From Perna viridis (taxonomy: Eukaryota), in NCBI GenBank assembly GCA_037379345.1, contig CM074524.1:24486750-24550749 (forward strand): 64,000 bases of DNA, written 5' to 3'. Position numbers and translations under genes: made by a program. A model generated the notes under the pieces. That model worked only from the letters and a program-made list of their open reading frames with translations. It had not been told where the DNA came from and ran no database searches. Each line of letters opens with the position of its first letter. The stretch's first letter is position 1. This document shows, piece by piece, positions 13,790-27,104 of the stretch.

Positions 13790-16030
13790 CGATTTTTTTG
13801 TGGTCATAGAGGAATCATTCATACATGTGTATAAAGTTAATGGGATATTTCTATGGCATTCCGCTACATAAAAAAAAACTAAGTAACAAATTTTCATCCG
13901 ATCAACCATGCAGTACATGTGCCCATTGCTAATCGTGTATAATTAAATCGACTAACATGAAAATGGTCTGTCAGTCTCTCCAAATCATGTTTTTAGTACT
14001 TAAAGACATATCACCTTGTAAGCAGACAATATTTGCCAAAAAAAATGGATGACAAATAAGAAAATGGCGGAAAAAATTGCGAGCCTTTTGCGCGCCTTTT
14101 GTACGTTCTTTAAGGTTACTAATTGCTTTGCTTTGATATCAGAAAGGAATCACCTGAAGCCAGTTTTTGAAAAACTCTCCTTCAAATGTTCCATTCAGGG
14201 AATTTGTACCTACAAGTATATATTTAGTTGTTACGTTATGATTAATTAGTGTATGTTTATTATCGGTACATGTTTCAAGAAAATAAATTCGATAAAACCA
14301 AATCCTTTATTTGTTTGTTTGTTTGTTGGAAATAGGGAAAGGTGGGTAGGGTCGGGCAATTTAGCCTCCTGTTGCGGAACCCTATGGTTCCTACTCCGGG
14401 AGAATACCACAGTAGGGTTCTTTAACGTGCGAGGAACATGGCATCTTTCCCAACACGGTGTACCACTATGGTTTGCGGTTAGGTTTTCCGTATTATAACC
14501 TGACAACCCCAGCATGTAACACGCCAGGGGTACCCCATTCCACCACCTGGGGCACACATCCCAGTTGCTTTGTGGGCAGAGCGCCCTAACCCCCGGCAAG
14601 GGTTCTGAGCACTATTTAGTCGCCTTTTACGACAAGCTTAGCGCTGCTGCTGGCCTATTCTTTTAACACCTGGACCTGCGCGGGGCCTTTATTTAAAAAC
14701 TTTACGGTTTAAACCAGCCATTCTTAGTAGGTTGTATAAAGAAATAAAGAAATTTAAGTCTGTAAAGATAAGCATCTTTATTTCGTGTATTTCGGCTACA
14801 GCTGAGACATTCGCTTATATTAGTATTAGATATCACACAATCCGTTAACGAGCGCATCAAATTATGCCTATATCTGGCACTGACTAGCCCAGTAGTCTGA
14901 CTTGTTTGACCTGACTTTTTTCAAAGATTCTTAACCGAAATCGGCAGTATTCGAAACTTCAACCTCTAAAACACCGAGCCATCATTCCTTATATTGCAAA
15001 TGAAAAATTTTGTCGGTGCCTGATTTGACTTTCTAAATCGACTTGTGTTTATGAGTACTTCTTGTACACTTCTTTGTATTTATGTTGGATCTTGATACGC
15101 CAGTGTTTTCGTTTATAATGATTGTGGGTGGCTGCAGATAAGTTACACCTTGAAACACATGTACAATACATCACAATTCACAATATTTATATAAGATTTA
15201 GAAATTATTTTTTTGTATTTGTTTCTTCCCAGAAGTTCTGTATTTAAGATAACTAAGTAAGTGGAAGCACAGAATTTGCGCAAAAAACAAATGTAGGATA
15301 TGTGCTATACCAGTTTGTAAATGTATACGCCTATCAGGTAACATGGTATACAACTGTCCGTTCGCCCATCTCTCCGCTCGTCCGTACTAACATGACACAA
15401 CTTACCTTGATTTATTGTCTGTAACTCAAAACTCTAGGCAATTAGTTATTATGATGGTCTAACGGTCTATAAACACTTTTGAGAAATTCCAGTTTCTGAG
15501 TAAGGAAATATCGTCGAAAAGGGGAGAGTTAGGATTTTAAATGCCTTCCCTTTTTATGATAAGGTATATAATTATTACCTTAAATTGTACACGATTGTTT
15601 TCACATCTAAGAAAGAAAAGTGTTTATTTCTGAGTAAAGTAGTGAATCAACCCAGCTTATTTCAAGTTATTGATCGTAAAACCATGGCTTAATATTAAAG
15701 GCCAGACCGACAGTATTTTCAGGTACTTTGATCGAAATGCACATCAAATGAACTATTAGGATAAATGATAATGTCATGATTTTATGATTAAAAACTCCCA
15801 TTTTCTTTTGACTAGTGGAGACGATAGAAACTATACAGCCGTACAGCATCTTTGCATCAATATATTTTTGACGTACACGTTATTAAAACTGGATAATAAT
15901 CAAGGTATTTTTTTTGTTTAGGTTTAATTGAATATATAAAAACAAAACCTGTTTTGAAGGCGAACACGCGTAGTTGCAATGGCTCCAAACATGGTATACC
16001 TAACTCCATATCGTTCAGGCGATACTTTAA
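13790..16030 (+). repeat. Inverted duplication arm (partner about 27105-29090)
   Basis: tgtggtcatagaggaatcatt (13799) vs aatgattcctctatgaccaca (about 29066); gaacacgcgtagt (15962) vs actacgcgtgttc (about 27160); the SINE is present only in this arm. Confidence 0.85.
14313..14686 (-). mobile_element. SINE-like retroelement copy 1, (CAAA)n tail, internal 3' deletion
   Basis: Homologous to 53341-53820; flanked by ctttattt direct repeats (14305-14312, 14687-14694); empty site near 28600. Confidence 0.88.
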
Positions 16031-16459
16031 CTGATCTACCCCATCGGAATTACAGCAGGGGTTCTCCTTAATATAGACCATCGCAAGGATCGATGCGGAG
16101 CAATTTCAGGCTAGGAGAACCATGCAAACAGACCAATACAGTCTACGTATACATCCTGTCCGACACAAGACAACCAAGAAATACTGAACCTATGAAAACT
16201 GGTTTATTGGACTACGATACATTGATGAAATGATCACACCAAGATGCTTTGAAGAAAGAAAAAAACAAAGATACCGAATACCCGTCTACGGCACAATCCT
16301 TATTCATCGAAGAAAATGCTACGCCGATTGATTAAGAATGAAACCCAAGAAAGCTTACCCAAGAATCCAGCTGACGAAAACTTTCATACATCCGGCAGAG
16401 AATTCCCTTGCTTTCGACTTACCCAAGAATAATTGGACGACCATTTCATGCGATAGGCC

Positions 16460-17050
16460 GATCCCATTACCAGTGTCATAGCAGGATCCACCGGAAGTGA
16501 ACAAAATGTTTAAACGCCGATTCGTACAAAATGTGAAAAACATAATAATGCTTAGACCCGATCGGATGACGTTGTGCTACGTGTACCCGACGATGTATGG
16601 AACCCTGGAATATGTAGATTTTGTACAAGGAGTGCCCGAACAAGACACATTGGATCCCAAAGAAAGACACTTAATTATCTTGGATGGTAGGATGAATTCG
16701 GCCAATGAGTCGATTTCCGATATCTTTACCAAACAATCTCACCATAAAAATGTTTTTGGTTCACAATCTGTTCAACAAAAACAAGTATCACAGGACAATC
16801 AGTCTGAACGCCCAATACTTGGTTCTCTTTAACAAAAAAATCCCAGAATCGTATCACAAGCCATGATTATGGCCCAACAAATGTTCCCCAAAAAGACAAA
16901 ATACTTTATAAAACCGTACTAGTACGCCACTTCCAAACTCTATGGATATTTATTGATCGACATGAAACAGGCTAATCCAGATATATAGAGACTGAAAAGC
17001 AACATTTTTCCGACTGAAGATCAGGATGTGTTCTTGGATGCAGAGAATTA
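16460..17050 (+). pseudogene. Polinton/Maverick-type DNA packaging ATPase remnant
   Basis: Across frameshifts: PITSVIAGSTGS (Walker A), HLIILDG(D)..NS (Walker B), ISDIFTKQSHHKN, RTISLNAQYLVLF, AQQMFP, YGYLLIDMKQ, RLKSNIFP, a motif series typical of Polinton ATPases. Confidence 0.85.
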
Positions 17051-17798
17051 TAAAACGAGACGGAAAAGGAATGATTTGTCACTTCTTGGACGACTCGCAA
17101 TGGAGACGGATGTATCGAATGCAATAAAAATATTACAAGGTAGTTTCATGTCGAGGAATTCATTAAGAAGAGATCACCATTTGTGATGCCGTAAACGTGC
17201 AATGGACGAAAGAATGTGTCAATTATGAACCAAAAAATGGACTGACAAAAGAAAGTGAACCCCAAAAATGGCCTCGGGGAAGACCAGTCGGAGGAAGAAA
17301 AAAGCCGACCAGAAAACAGATGTCACGCCTATAATTGGAACTGCATAAACAGGATCCAAGACCAATTAATTAATCAAGCGAAAAAAGTTTTAAAAGGTAA
17401 ATTGGATGCATTGGAAACAAATGGTTCTAAGAACCCAAGGCCTTATGTAATGAGAAGATATATCATCCAAAATAGCAGGTGCTAAATGGAAAAAAACTAT
17501 GAAAACCAAGACAAGATGTTTTTAACCGAGGAACAAAAAGAAGTAAAGGTCAAATTGAGGTCACCTAATAGAAAAACAGCTTAGACGCCAACTATACTGG
17601 GACAGCAGAGGCAAGAAGACTCATATTAAGATCAAATGTATGACTAAACGGTCGCGGAATCTTAATGACATTGGATCGTGAAAAGTGTCAAATAAAGGGA
17701 GAGAAAGAGTAGAAATAAAGAGCGATTTATGAAACAGAGAATGACCATAGAGCAGACCCGGATTTGAAAAAAAAACAGACAACTTTACCACAAATGGA

Positions 17799-19264
17799 AG
17801 TGTAATCAAAGGAACCAAGATTATAGCGGTAATCAAAAGAATGTAATCAGGGACAAAGACCAGACATGGAAAACTGACATTCACAACAACGAACATAAAA
17901 TAACTAAAATTATACATACAAAGTAACAAAAGTAAATAAGCAACTCGGACCCCACTAAAAATGGGAGAAAAGGACCAGGTGCACCAGTAGGGTAAGCGTC
18001 CTCTGCTTTTCTAGAAACATCCGCCGAGTTTCTCATAAAAAGTCAAGTCCGGGGTAGACAAACGAGGAAAGGAAAACCATGACCCGTTGAATAAATCAGT
18101 TTTCATGGTGCTGATGGATACACCATAACGATCCACGAGTTCATGATGACTTCAATCTTGTAGCAACATAACCCTGTACTAGAATCCTATTTGTTAGAGT
18201 TGTAGCGCGATACAAAAAGTCTGCGTAGTTTCGGCAAGCTCTGGCATAACGTATGATTTGTGATATGAACACTCCATACGCAGGAGCCGAAGGGATGTTG
18301 CCACAGACGAAAGGAAATTTGACAAGTCTGAATGAAAAGTCATCACGTTTGTCGTAAAGTTTGGTCAATAGTTTTCCTTACCATCGATTTCTAAGTGTAG
18401 GTCAAGATATGAGGCTGACTTCACAGTGTCTATAGTATCCTTTATCTCAATTTCTTTTGGCTATTTGCGATGTATCAAATCCCCGAAATTAGGATTGTTT
18501 AAAGATAATACGTCATCTATATAGCACAGTGAGATTGAAGGATCTAGCCAAACAATATTCTTTCTTTCTGATCAGATCAGCTATAAAGTCAGCCTCATAA
18601 GAGTGAAGAAATACGTCAGCAAGTAAAGGAGCACAATTTGTTCCCATTGGAATGCCGACCGTTTGTTGAAAAACACGTCCACCACACTGGACAAATATGT
18701 TGTCGATTAAAAATTTCTGCATTTTGTAAACATCTTCTTCTGTATATTTGGAAGATGATTTGGAATTATTTCTTACAAAGTATGATGAATCTCTACCAAG
18801 AACTATATATTTGTATTTTATGTGTGCCATCTTTTTTGGAAAAAACAACGATGTATAATGTTTTTAAGTCGGGACTTTAACTGAGTATGGGGAATAGAAG
18901 TATACAGTGTTGGAAAATCATAGATTTTAATGCTATTATATTCAGATAATAGTTTTGAACTGATTGTCTCCAAAAGATCTTTGGAATTTTTCAGGATCTA
19001 CATTGAATTAATACCACTACTGGAGTAACAAGTGTTGTGATAGGACTGTAGACCATCTTTGACAGTTGTGAGTATAGAAGTTAAAAGTTTTGAAAGAGGT
19101 TTGGTGGTACATTTTGCAGATCCAGCTATGAAACATTGTTTGTATGGATTCTTGTGAAGTTTAGGAATCCAGTACATAGACGGTAAATCACAATCATTGT
19201 CCTTGGTAGAGAGACCAAAAGAGGATAGCACAGATTTATGGTTTTCCACAATCACTTCTTTGGA
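17799..19264 (-). mobile_element. Penelope-like (Naiad-type) element, 5'-truncated, frameshifted RT
   Basis: LPSMYWIPKLHKNPYK, QQTVGIPMGTNCAPLLAD and LYDKRDDFSF peptides; collinear with 33574-35065. Confidence 0.92.
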
Positions 19265-19439
19265 AAAATGAATATGAATTGTAAATGAAATATAGAAGGA
19301 AATGAAATTCTTGTTATTTAATAGAACTAAACTAAAGAAAAAGACTTACATCTCCATACAAAAGAAGGTACCTCGATTTCGATCATTCAAAACCGGTGAC
19401 AACTATTAAAAAACGTTAGCGACAGCATATCAAAATATA

Positions 19440-20880
19440 AGCCTATATTAAACCTTTACCCAATAGATTCTCATAACATTGGTCAGATCAGGTTTGTGTG
19501 CAGGTGAGATGTAAACATCGAAAGCGTAAAACTTAAATAGTATAAAAAAAATTCAAGCTTACCGCTATAACCTTAGTTCCCTTGATTACACTTTCCTATA
19601 AAAGAAAACAAAAGACAAACATTAAAGGTCATAAAGGTCAGCTTAAATCTATACAAAAAAAGGCAGTAGGAAACAAACCACGAATGAAAATGTGGAGAGA
19701 AAAATAAAATCCTGAAGATAACGGTTTACCCAATACAGCTTCATGACACAGATCAAATCAAGTTTGTGTACAGGTTACACCAAAGATATTAGATTAAAGT
19801 AGTACCTCCAGAATCAACCAAAGGCTTAAATAACCATTAAACAATCAACCTAGGGTCAGAAACGAACAACGAATGAAAATAAGGAGAGCTAAAGTCCTTG
19901 AGTCAACGGTTTACCCAAGAGAGCTCCATAACACGTATAAAAATCGATGAAAAAGTTGAGTGCACGCAACATGCAAATACCAAGTTAAAGTTGTACCCCT
20001 AAAATCGAATGAAAGTTCGTCTAACTATTAATACCATACCTACACTCATTAAAGTGTGGGTCAGAAACAAACCACAAATGAAAACAGTGGGAAGAAAAAT
20101 ACAATACGCAGGTCAAGAACCCCATAACACGGATAAAAAAGATGAAATGATTGAGTTCATGCAAATGCCAGCATCGCGACATGTGAACATTGAAAAAGTG
20201 ATGAAAAAGTTGAAAATAATATCAGATAATAAAAATGAAAGACCATACACCATTCAAATTTCGTTAAAGATTGAAAAAAAAACATCAACTATACAACATG
20301 AGAAGAGGTTTAAAATGCAATCTCCAGTCTCATTCTATTCGCATCAGACAGGACAAAACCCAATAAAAACATCAACTTAGTTCTTCAACTTAAATATACA
20401 TAAGATATTTAAGATAATTACACAAAAATAATTAAAACAATTGAATGATAAAAATTAATTTCCCAGTTGAAAACATTGTACAATATGAGAAAATAATATC
20501 CTTACGATCATAATCATTCATAGAGTTCAATACAATTCACGATTCAAGTCACCAGTAAAAAAAGGGAGATTAAAACGTCTATCTTATCTGTGAGTTATCT
20601 AATTAAGTATTCAAACTGAGTTACACAATCAATTTAAGGTTGTCGCACAACGAAAATTAAATCACAAGCAAATAATTAAATTACACAAAAATGATTTAAA
20701 AAGCAAGTGAATGATAAAAATCAAACGGCCGAGTTGTAAACATTGCATCTATGACAGAAATTAATTCATACAATACAAAGCGACTTAAATCAATCAATTC
20801 AAATAAAAAAGAAGACATCAGCTGTTGATGTCACTCCACCGTGAAAACATCAAAATGAATTACACAATCAATTTAACAAC
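19440..20880. repeat. Degenerate tandem repeats (about 190-200 bp unit, then about 265 bp unit)
   Basis: gaaac(a/g)aac(c/a)ac(g/a)aatgaaaa recurs near 19671, 19860 and 20065; aattacacaaaaat...gaatgataaaaat recurs near 20416 and 20680. Confidence 0.6.
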
Positions 20881-21104
20881 AAGATAGTTAAACTTCATGT
20901 CAAACTTTTAAATGTGTAGAAATAAAACAAACAAAAAAAGATACATCTAAACTTGTTTTTTACTTACCTGTTTATAGAACATCATATCATTGGACAACAC
21001 CAATTAGGACATTTAAAGGGGTTGTTATTGGATCGTTTCCGTCCCGACCTTTACGGGTCCCTTCCAATGTCAATGTTCCCCATGTTCCCTTCACTGCTCA
21101 AGGG

Positions 21105-21260
21105 TCTTCTATCTAAGTTCACTTCCGGTCACCCAATGTTCACTTCCTATCCTTCAAGGTTCACTGCCGGTCCCTCCCTCCCCTGGGTACTTCCGGTCCA
21201 CTGCGACTGATGTGACGTCATGCGCATGCGCATCGGGGTGCACCATCTTGCACCACCTGA
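21105..21260 (-). promoter_or_regulatory. Promoter-like motif cluster (ETS sites, CRE, NRF1, YY1-like)
   Basis: ACTTCCGG at 21121 and 21189, TGACGTCA 21213-21220, TGCGCATGCGCA 21221-21232, CCATCTT 21243-21249; consensus donor CAG|gtaagt on minus at 20968. Confidence 0.55.
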
Positions 21261-22318
21261 AAAAAAATGAGCGAAATGAACATACTATATTGCTCACATG
21301 AATAAATAACTCAACACATGATTTATATTTTAGGTAGAAAACACAACATCACCCTATTCTTGTACTTATAAAGTCCATAACTCAAAAACGAAAAGCATTA
21401 ATTTATGAAAATCGAAAGGGAGTTAACATCAGTAAGACGAAAAAATTCATCAAAGTTTTACAAAAAAATGTGGTAGCATATTTGAGTTATTGTGCAAAGT
21501 TTGAAGACTGGCATATAATGTACCATAAAATGCCCCATCTAGACAGACAGACGTATGAACAAATATTGGCCCTAACAAATGGATACAGAAATTAAAACAT
21601 TAAATATTTAGTTAAAGAATGAGCTTGTATTATAATAGGGATAAAAGTGAATAATCAGAAAGTTACCAATATTGGTATTTCGGTACTGTACATTTCGATT
21701 TTTTAAAGGAAAAAGCATTATAAGCGTAGATTGTGTAACTTTATTTTGTTTCAGATGTGGAAATCAGGCAAAACATTTTTTTAGGTCAAATTTGTAACAC
21801 ATCATGCAAAATAATGTCAATTTAAGTGGGTGTGTGCCGGGTCCATCTTCTATGAGTTCGCGCCTAAGTATTGATTTTGTAAACAAACTATTGCTCTAGT
21901 TTTTTTTTCAATATTGCTACTTTCGGATGACGACTTACTTACATACGCGTACAATAGTATGCAGAAAATAAATATTAATATCCTACTAACTTTATTTGCC
22001 TAATTCCGTTTGTCGTTTTATGCATTTTTGACTCCTTGTACTCCAAATCGTTTAAAGCATGTTTTATAATTACGACCTACAGTCACACTGGCGATATTAT
22101 ATTAAATAAATAAGATCTTAAATGATGCAACAACTCATTTGATTGAAAAATGAATTATATTTCTTTACTGTAATATATATGACTTAAGCATATTTCATAT
22201 ATTGTATTCATATTTTTCGTGTTTTGTCTTTAAACCCAATAGGACAATTGAAGAAAATAATCCAGTTACCGACATCGTATTTTATTTCGTCAACTTTTGT
22301 TACCAACAGATCTTCGAA

Positions 22319-22750
22319 AGAATAATCAAGGGAACCAAGGTTATAGCGGTAATCAAAAGAATGCAATCCAGGGACAAAGACCAGACATGGAAAACAGACA
22401 TACACAACACAGAACATAAAGTAACTAAAATCATACATACAAAGTAACAAAAGCAAATGAGCAACTCGGACTCCACTATAAACTGGGAGCATGGACCAGG
22501 TGCACCAGTAGGGTAAGCGTCCTCTACTTTTCTGGAAACGCCGGCCGAGTTGCTCATAAAAAGTCAAGTCTAGGGTAGACAAACGAGGAAAGGAAAACTA
22601 TGACCCGTTGAATAATTCAGTTTTCATGGTACAGATGGATACACCATAACGATCCACGAGTTCATGATGACGACCATAAAACTTCTGTAGTGATGACTTC
22701 AATTTTGTAGCAACATTGCCCTGTTTCAGAAGCCTTTTTGTTAGAGTTCT
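22319..22750 (-). mobile_element. Penelope-like (Naiad-type) element, 3' fragment
   Basis: Matches 33574-34000. Confidence 0.9.
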
Positions 22751-23045
22751 CGAATACAGCCAAGAAATGATATAGATTACATACGCTTCAAATTTGTTAC
22801 AATGGTAGAGATGAAGATATTTATGATATTTGATTCTAATATAACGTATTCATATCGTCAAAGAGTATATGTCCGTACAAGACCATCTTTTTCACCTGCG
22901 CACTGTTTCTTTTCTTTCGCTGTTGCTTCGAGAAAAAGCACTCCTTTTACTCATTTTACGGAGGAGGTTAAACGGAGCAGCCGTTATTTTGGCTACTCCT
23001 AGAGAAATTTGTCTCACAAAATAACCGTGTCTATCATATTAGAAA

Positions 23046-23152
23046 AGAAATAATTCCTTCCGGAGGTAGATTTGTCGTTCGTTGTTAAATAATAAATACC
23101 GTACCTATGTTATAATGAGTACAAATCTACCCCCTCCACGAATTATTTCTTA
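23046..23152. mobile_element. Short fold-back element
   Basis: aagaaataattc...ggaggtagatttgt / acaaatctaccccc...gaattatttctt inverted termini. Confidence 0.6.
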
Positions 23153-23589
23153 ATCCATATAAGCTGTAGAATGCAGACTTTTAAAGAAATCGATCTTGTT
23201 CATTTTTTGCATCTGCCATATTGAGGTGTCAAAAACTGCAGTTATACCGACATTGATGAGTTCACTCCAAGTATTACTTGTAATCCGACAGTTACTGCTG
23301 GCGTAGTACGACATGCCTTCTCTTCCGCAGCAATATGTGTGGTTTTCCTTTATTCACTTTTACATGTAACTACATTTTATTCTGTCATCTACATTGTGTA
23401 TGGTAATGTCCTTGGATTCTGCATCTCTGAAATACCCTTCTTTTTTGATGTTTCGGTTTATTTGCGGCTGATGTTGCTTTAATCAACTGACCTCTAACTT
23501 TTCTTGCAGATAATATACTTTTTTTCGGCGAATTCTTGCAATGAAACGCAATTTAAAGATGTAGACTTAAGTTAAGGGCAAACCTTGAA

Positions 23590-23765
23590 ATCAGTGATAT
23601 GTTTGTATCATATTAGATTTCATCAAAGCCTGTCAAGCTTTCATTTGAAACAGAATGGAAACAATTCAAGTTAATTTGATGCTTTCATGACGTTAGTGTA
23701 AAATCCTGATCACACACGTTCGAATGATTCTCAAGAGTTAATACCCATACCCCATGTCTACCTCC
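23590..23765 (+). repeat. Third copy of a segment found in the Sushi gene intron (2360-2530; inverted at 41790-41965)
   Basis: tcagtgatatgtttgtatcatatt...aagctttcatttgaaac shared. Confidence 0.7.
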
Positions 23766-24306
23766 TTAATGTCGCTTCCGAAAGATGTCAACTGTCAACA
23801 ATAAAAATAATTAGGTCATTAGATGATTTCATCAACGTTATCTTATTGAAACGGGTGACGAATTCTTCTTTCTAATTATCTTTTTTTTTAAATACTAGTA
23901 TTCATTCCTGAAATACGTCAAAAAAACATTTTTTTCAGCTGATATAAGATAAGGCATCACGGGATTTTTTAACATTAGCAAAAATAGTCTGCAAGTAAGT
24001 ATCTGCATCAAAACCACCATTACTGTCATGCCCAGCTAAAAGTTCATATACAAAATCGGATGGTTTGGATGTATAATCACCTCGCAATTTAATTTTTTTA
24101 TGTTTAAAAATATGGAAGCAATGTGTACTGTAACAGAACCGATTGGTTACTGAAATATGGAGAAGCTTATAATATAACAGTTTTGAGGTGAACGATGTTG
24201 CTTTTGTGTAATGTTTATCTGCAAATGAACGCTTTTGCTTTAGATACTTAGTTTTAGTAATTTGATAACTTAATTGAAATTTCTATGCCGTAAAGTAGGA
24301 ATGTCA

Positions 24307-24515
24307 TACTGTGAAAGTACTTTAATTCTTGGAAACCAATTGTCGTGGATTAGGGTTGAAACGCAAGTTCGTGGATTCTTGCATTCGTGGTTTTGAAGTC
24401 TGCAGTATACACATCAATGAGGTTCTCCTTTTCGTTGGGAGCCAAATTTCGAGGTTTGGCCCATCCACGAAAACAACGAAAATTGGTACCGCACGAACAA
24501 TAGCACTTCACAGTA
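24307..24515. mobile_element. MITE (TACTGTGAA...TTCACAGTA)
   Basis: Terminal inverted repeats with TA ends; subterminal ccaattgtcgtgga / tccacgaaaacaacgaaaattgg. Confidence 0.8.
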
Positions 24516-25625
24516 ACACATATTTAAATGAAAATGCTGCAACTGTTTTTGTCAAAAATGATCCAGTTGCGACATTGCATTTACTATGTTACCCGAGCAA
24601 AGTGCGAAACATCTTGTTTTTGCCGGGTTTTTTTTTCTTAAGGGTTTTCCTTGTCAAGGGAAAAACCTTATTACTATACGTATGATTATTTTTTTTTCTT
24701 CCGCCAAGATTTCACTTTTTTGGTTTCAAGACTTTTTAAGTTTAGTCATATACCATATAAATCTTTATAACTTCAATAAGTACAGAGTCACCCTGCTGTA
24801 CAAAACATTTGTCACTACGGAGTTATCTTCATTTATTTGAAAAAGCATGGCTGCACTTCTCCTCCCAAAAATAATTAGATTAATTTTTTTATGTTATCAT
24901 GTTTTGTAAGACTTTGTGGTGTTCACCTGCTTAACGATTAAAACATATGAACACTGTAAGAAGAGTTGATTGCCCCCTTCAACAAGTTTTGCAGTCTTTT
25001 CTCATTAATTTCTCAAAATTTATTGTTGTTTATGTGTAGTTGTGATTAGAAAATATAGCTCATGACCAAATTACTACTTTATTATTAAATCGAGAAATGC
25101 ACTATGTTTGTAGTAACTCATCAATTCAATTGAAAAGTATTGCTAAAGTGGCACTGATAGTTTCAGTCTTAGAGGAAGACGCTCTATCGAAATTAGGAAC
25201 TATATTCAACGAATTTATTTCGTGGTGTGTTCTTCACATTTATTTATTCCTTATTACCTCCCTGATTTTTTTGTATTGTTTAGCGTTTTTATTGCAGTTT
25301 TTTTTTTGTCAAACATATATGTAAAAGCGATTGTCTTCTGAATATCTGTTTTTTATGTAATTCTATCATTAGGTGATCAAAGCGACGTAACTCCGACTGT
25401 TATTGCAAAGTGTGATACATTTATTACTGTTGGGTTATTTATTATCTCCCTTTGACATTATTTATCTTCTTACACATGACCCTTTACAATTGTAGGTAAT
25501 CCATAATAATGTAAAACAAATCACAACAAAACATTATTTTGTAAGTTCATTACACAGCATGATTTGTTTTTCTCTAATTTTAAGTTATTTGTCATATTTT
25601 CAATGTAAGCGTACTTCAAATTTTA

Positions 25626-25860
25626 AAATGTTTGGAAATGTAATAACTAGAGGTCTCAAATGTTTGGTACATGTAATAACTAGAGGTCTCAAATGTTTGG
25701 TACATGTAGTTACTAGATGTTTAAAATATTGTTACATGTAGTTACTAGATGTTTAAAATATTGGTACATGTAGTTAGTAGAGGTTCAAAATGTTCGGTAC
25801 ATGTAGTTAATAGAGTTACTAGAGGTTTAAAATGTTTGGTACATGTAGTTACTTGAGGTA
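25626..25860. repeat. 33-bp minisatellite, about 7 units
   Basis: Unit aaatgtttggtacatgtagttactagaggtttaa and variants. Confidence 0.9.
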
Positions 25861-26291
25861 AAAACGATAACTAAAGTAATATAATGGTGAGTTAATTGAT
25901 ATGTCATATGTAAATGTGTATTTTCTGTCATCCGATCATTCATTTAAATATTCTAGGATAGTATTTCCCCACTTTTAACACAATCATTTGACTCTACTGT
26001 GTGTTTCACTTGTCCATATTTTAGATTGATTGATATGTTTTTTATTCACTTCCAAATCTTAGAAAAATCCATAGAGTATTATGTCTCATATTTAACAACC
26101 CTTAAATAAAAACAACAGGTTTTAAAAAAATTAAAGGGAAAGACCTTAGTAGTGTTTTGCAAAGATTGTCCTTTAATTTTTTTTATTATTCTACTTTGTA
26201 GCCAACAACTTGTCTGGGAAAGTCCTTCGAAACAGGTAAATAGAACTAAACCAAACTTAGTACAAAATAGGCCCCGATATGACGTCGTACA

Positions 26292-26597
26292 AGAGTAATC
26301 AAGGGAAACAAGGTTTTAATGGTAATCAAAAGAATGCAATCCAGGGACAAAGACAAGACATGGAAAACAGACATATACAACAAAGAACATAAAGTAACTA
26401 AAATCATACATAAAAAGTAACAAAAGTACATGAGCAACTTGGCCTCCACTAAAAACTGGGAGCATGGACCAGGTGCACCAGTAGGGTAAGGTCCTCTGCT
26501 TTTCTGGAAACATAGGCCGAGTTGCTCATAAAAAAGTCAAATCCGGGGTAGACAAACGAGGAAAGGAAAACTATGACCCGTTGAATAAATCAGTTTT
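26292..26597 (-). mobile_element. Penelope-like (Naiad-type) element, 3' fragment
   Basis: Matches 33574-33878. Confidence 0.9.
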
Positions 26598-27104
26598 GCA
26601 TATCGACGGTTTATGTTCTAAAAGGAATGATGTTGAATACCTCTTCTTCTTGTGATCGTGGTCATTGCAAAAAAGGGTTTCTACTGACATCTGTAATTTT
26701 ACAAAATTAACATTGTGAATATCAAAATGAACACATCGTAAACAAAATTAGCCAAAGATACCAAAGTTTTCTAATATTAATATGGTATGTTAATTATCGG
26801 AACACACAGTAGAAATAATTAATAAGTATGCAATATGATTCAAGGTTCATTTCTGTAAAGTACAGGCGATCATATGTTAAATATTTTAAGTTTCCAATAA
26901 ATGGTTCTATTAATTTAGAAACTTTCTGTGAGGTATTCTGCTTTGTTAAAAGATTTTTTTTATTCCGACTCCATTAGGTTATACTCTAGCTTAGTAAGTT
27001 TAATCGCATTATCAGTGTTAACTAAAAACGGTTGATACATGAAACAAAAAAAAAGGAAAAAGGAAAAAATGATAAGCGTTCACACCGAAGCAACTTACAT
27101 GAAC

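Noticed and set aside
14246-14599. ORFs inside the SINE copies (also 44722-45009, 53386-53658)
   Set aside because: Frames are not conserved between copies; they reflect higher GC content.
14590-14686. HDV-like ribozyme or tRNA-derived head for the SINE
   Set aside because: Helix order does not match the HDV nested double pseudoknot, and no A/B boxes or cloverleaf are visible.
20009-20380. 123-aa ORF
   Set aside because: Lies in A-rich degenerate tandem repeats; no recognisable motif.
22208-22582. Recurring hydrophobic ORFs (MLPVFSGVRVAHLLLLLCMYDFSYF..., also at 7356, 11602, 26316, 29964, 33497, 39223, 42583, 62162) as a membrane-protein family
   Set aside because: They translate the T-rich 3' UTR of the Penelope-like element; starts, stops and frames differ between copies.
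25626-25860. CRISPR-like array
   Set aside because: Contiguous 33-bp units without unique spacers, eukaryotic context, no cas genes.
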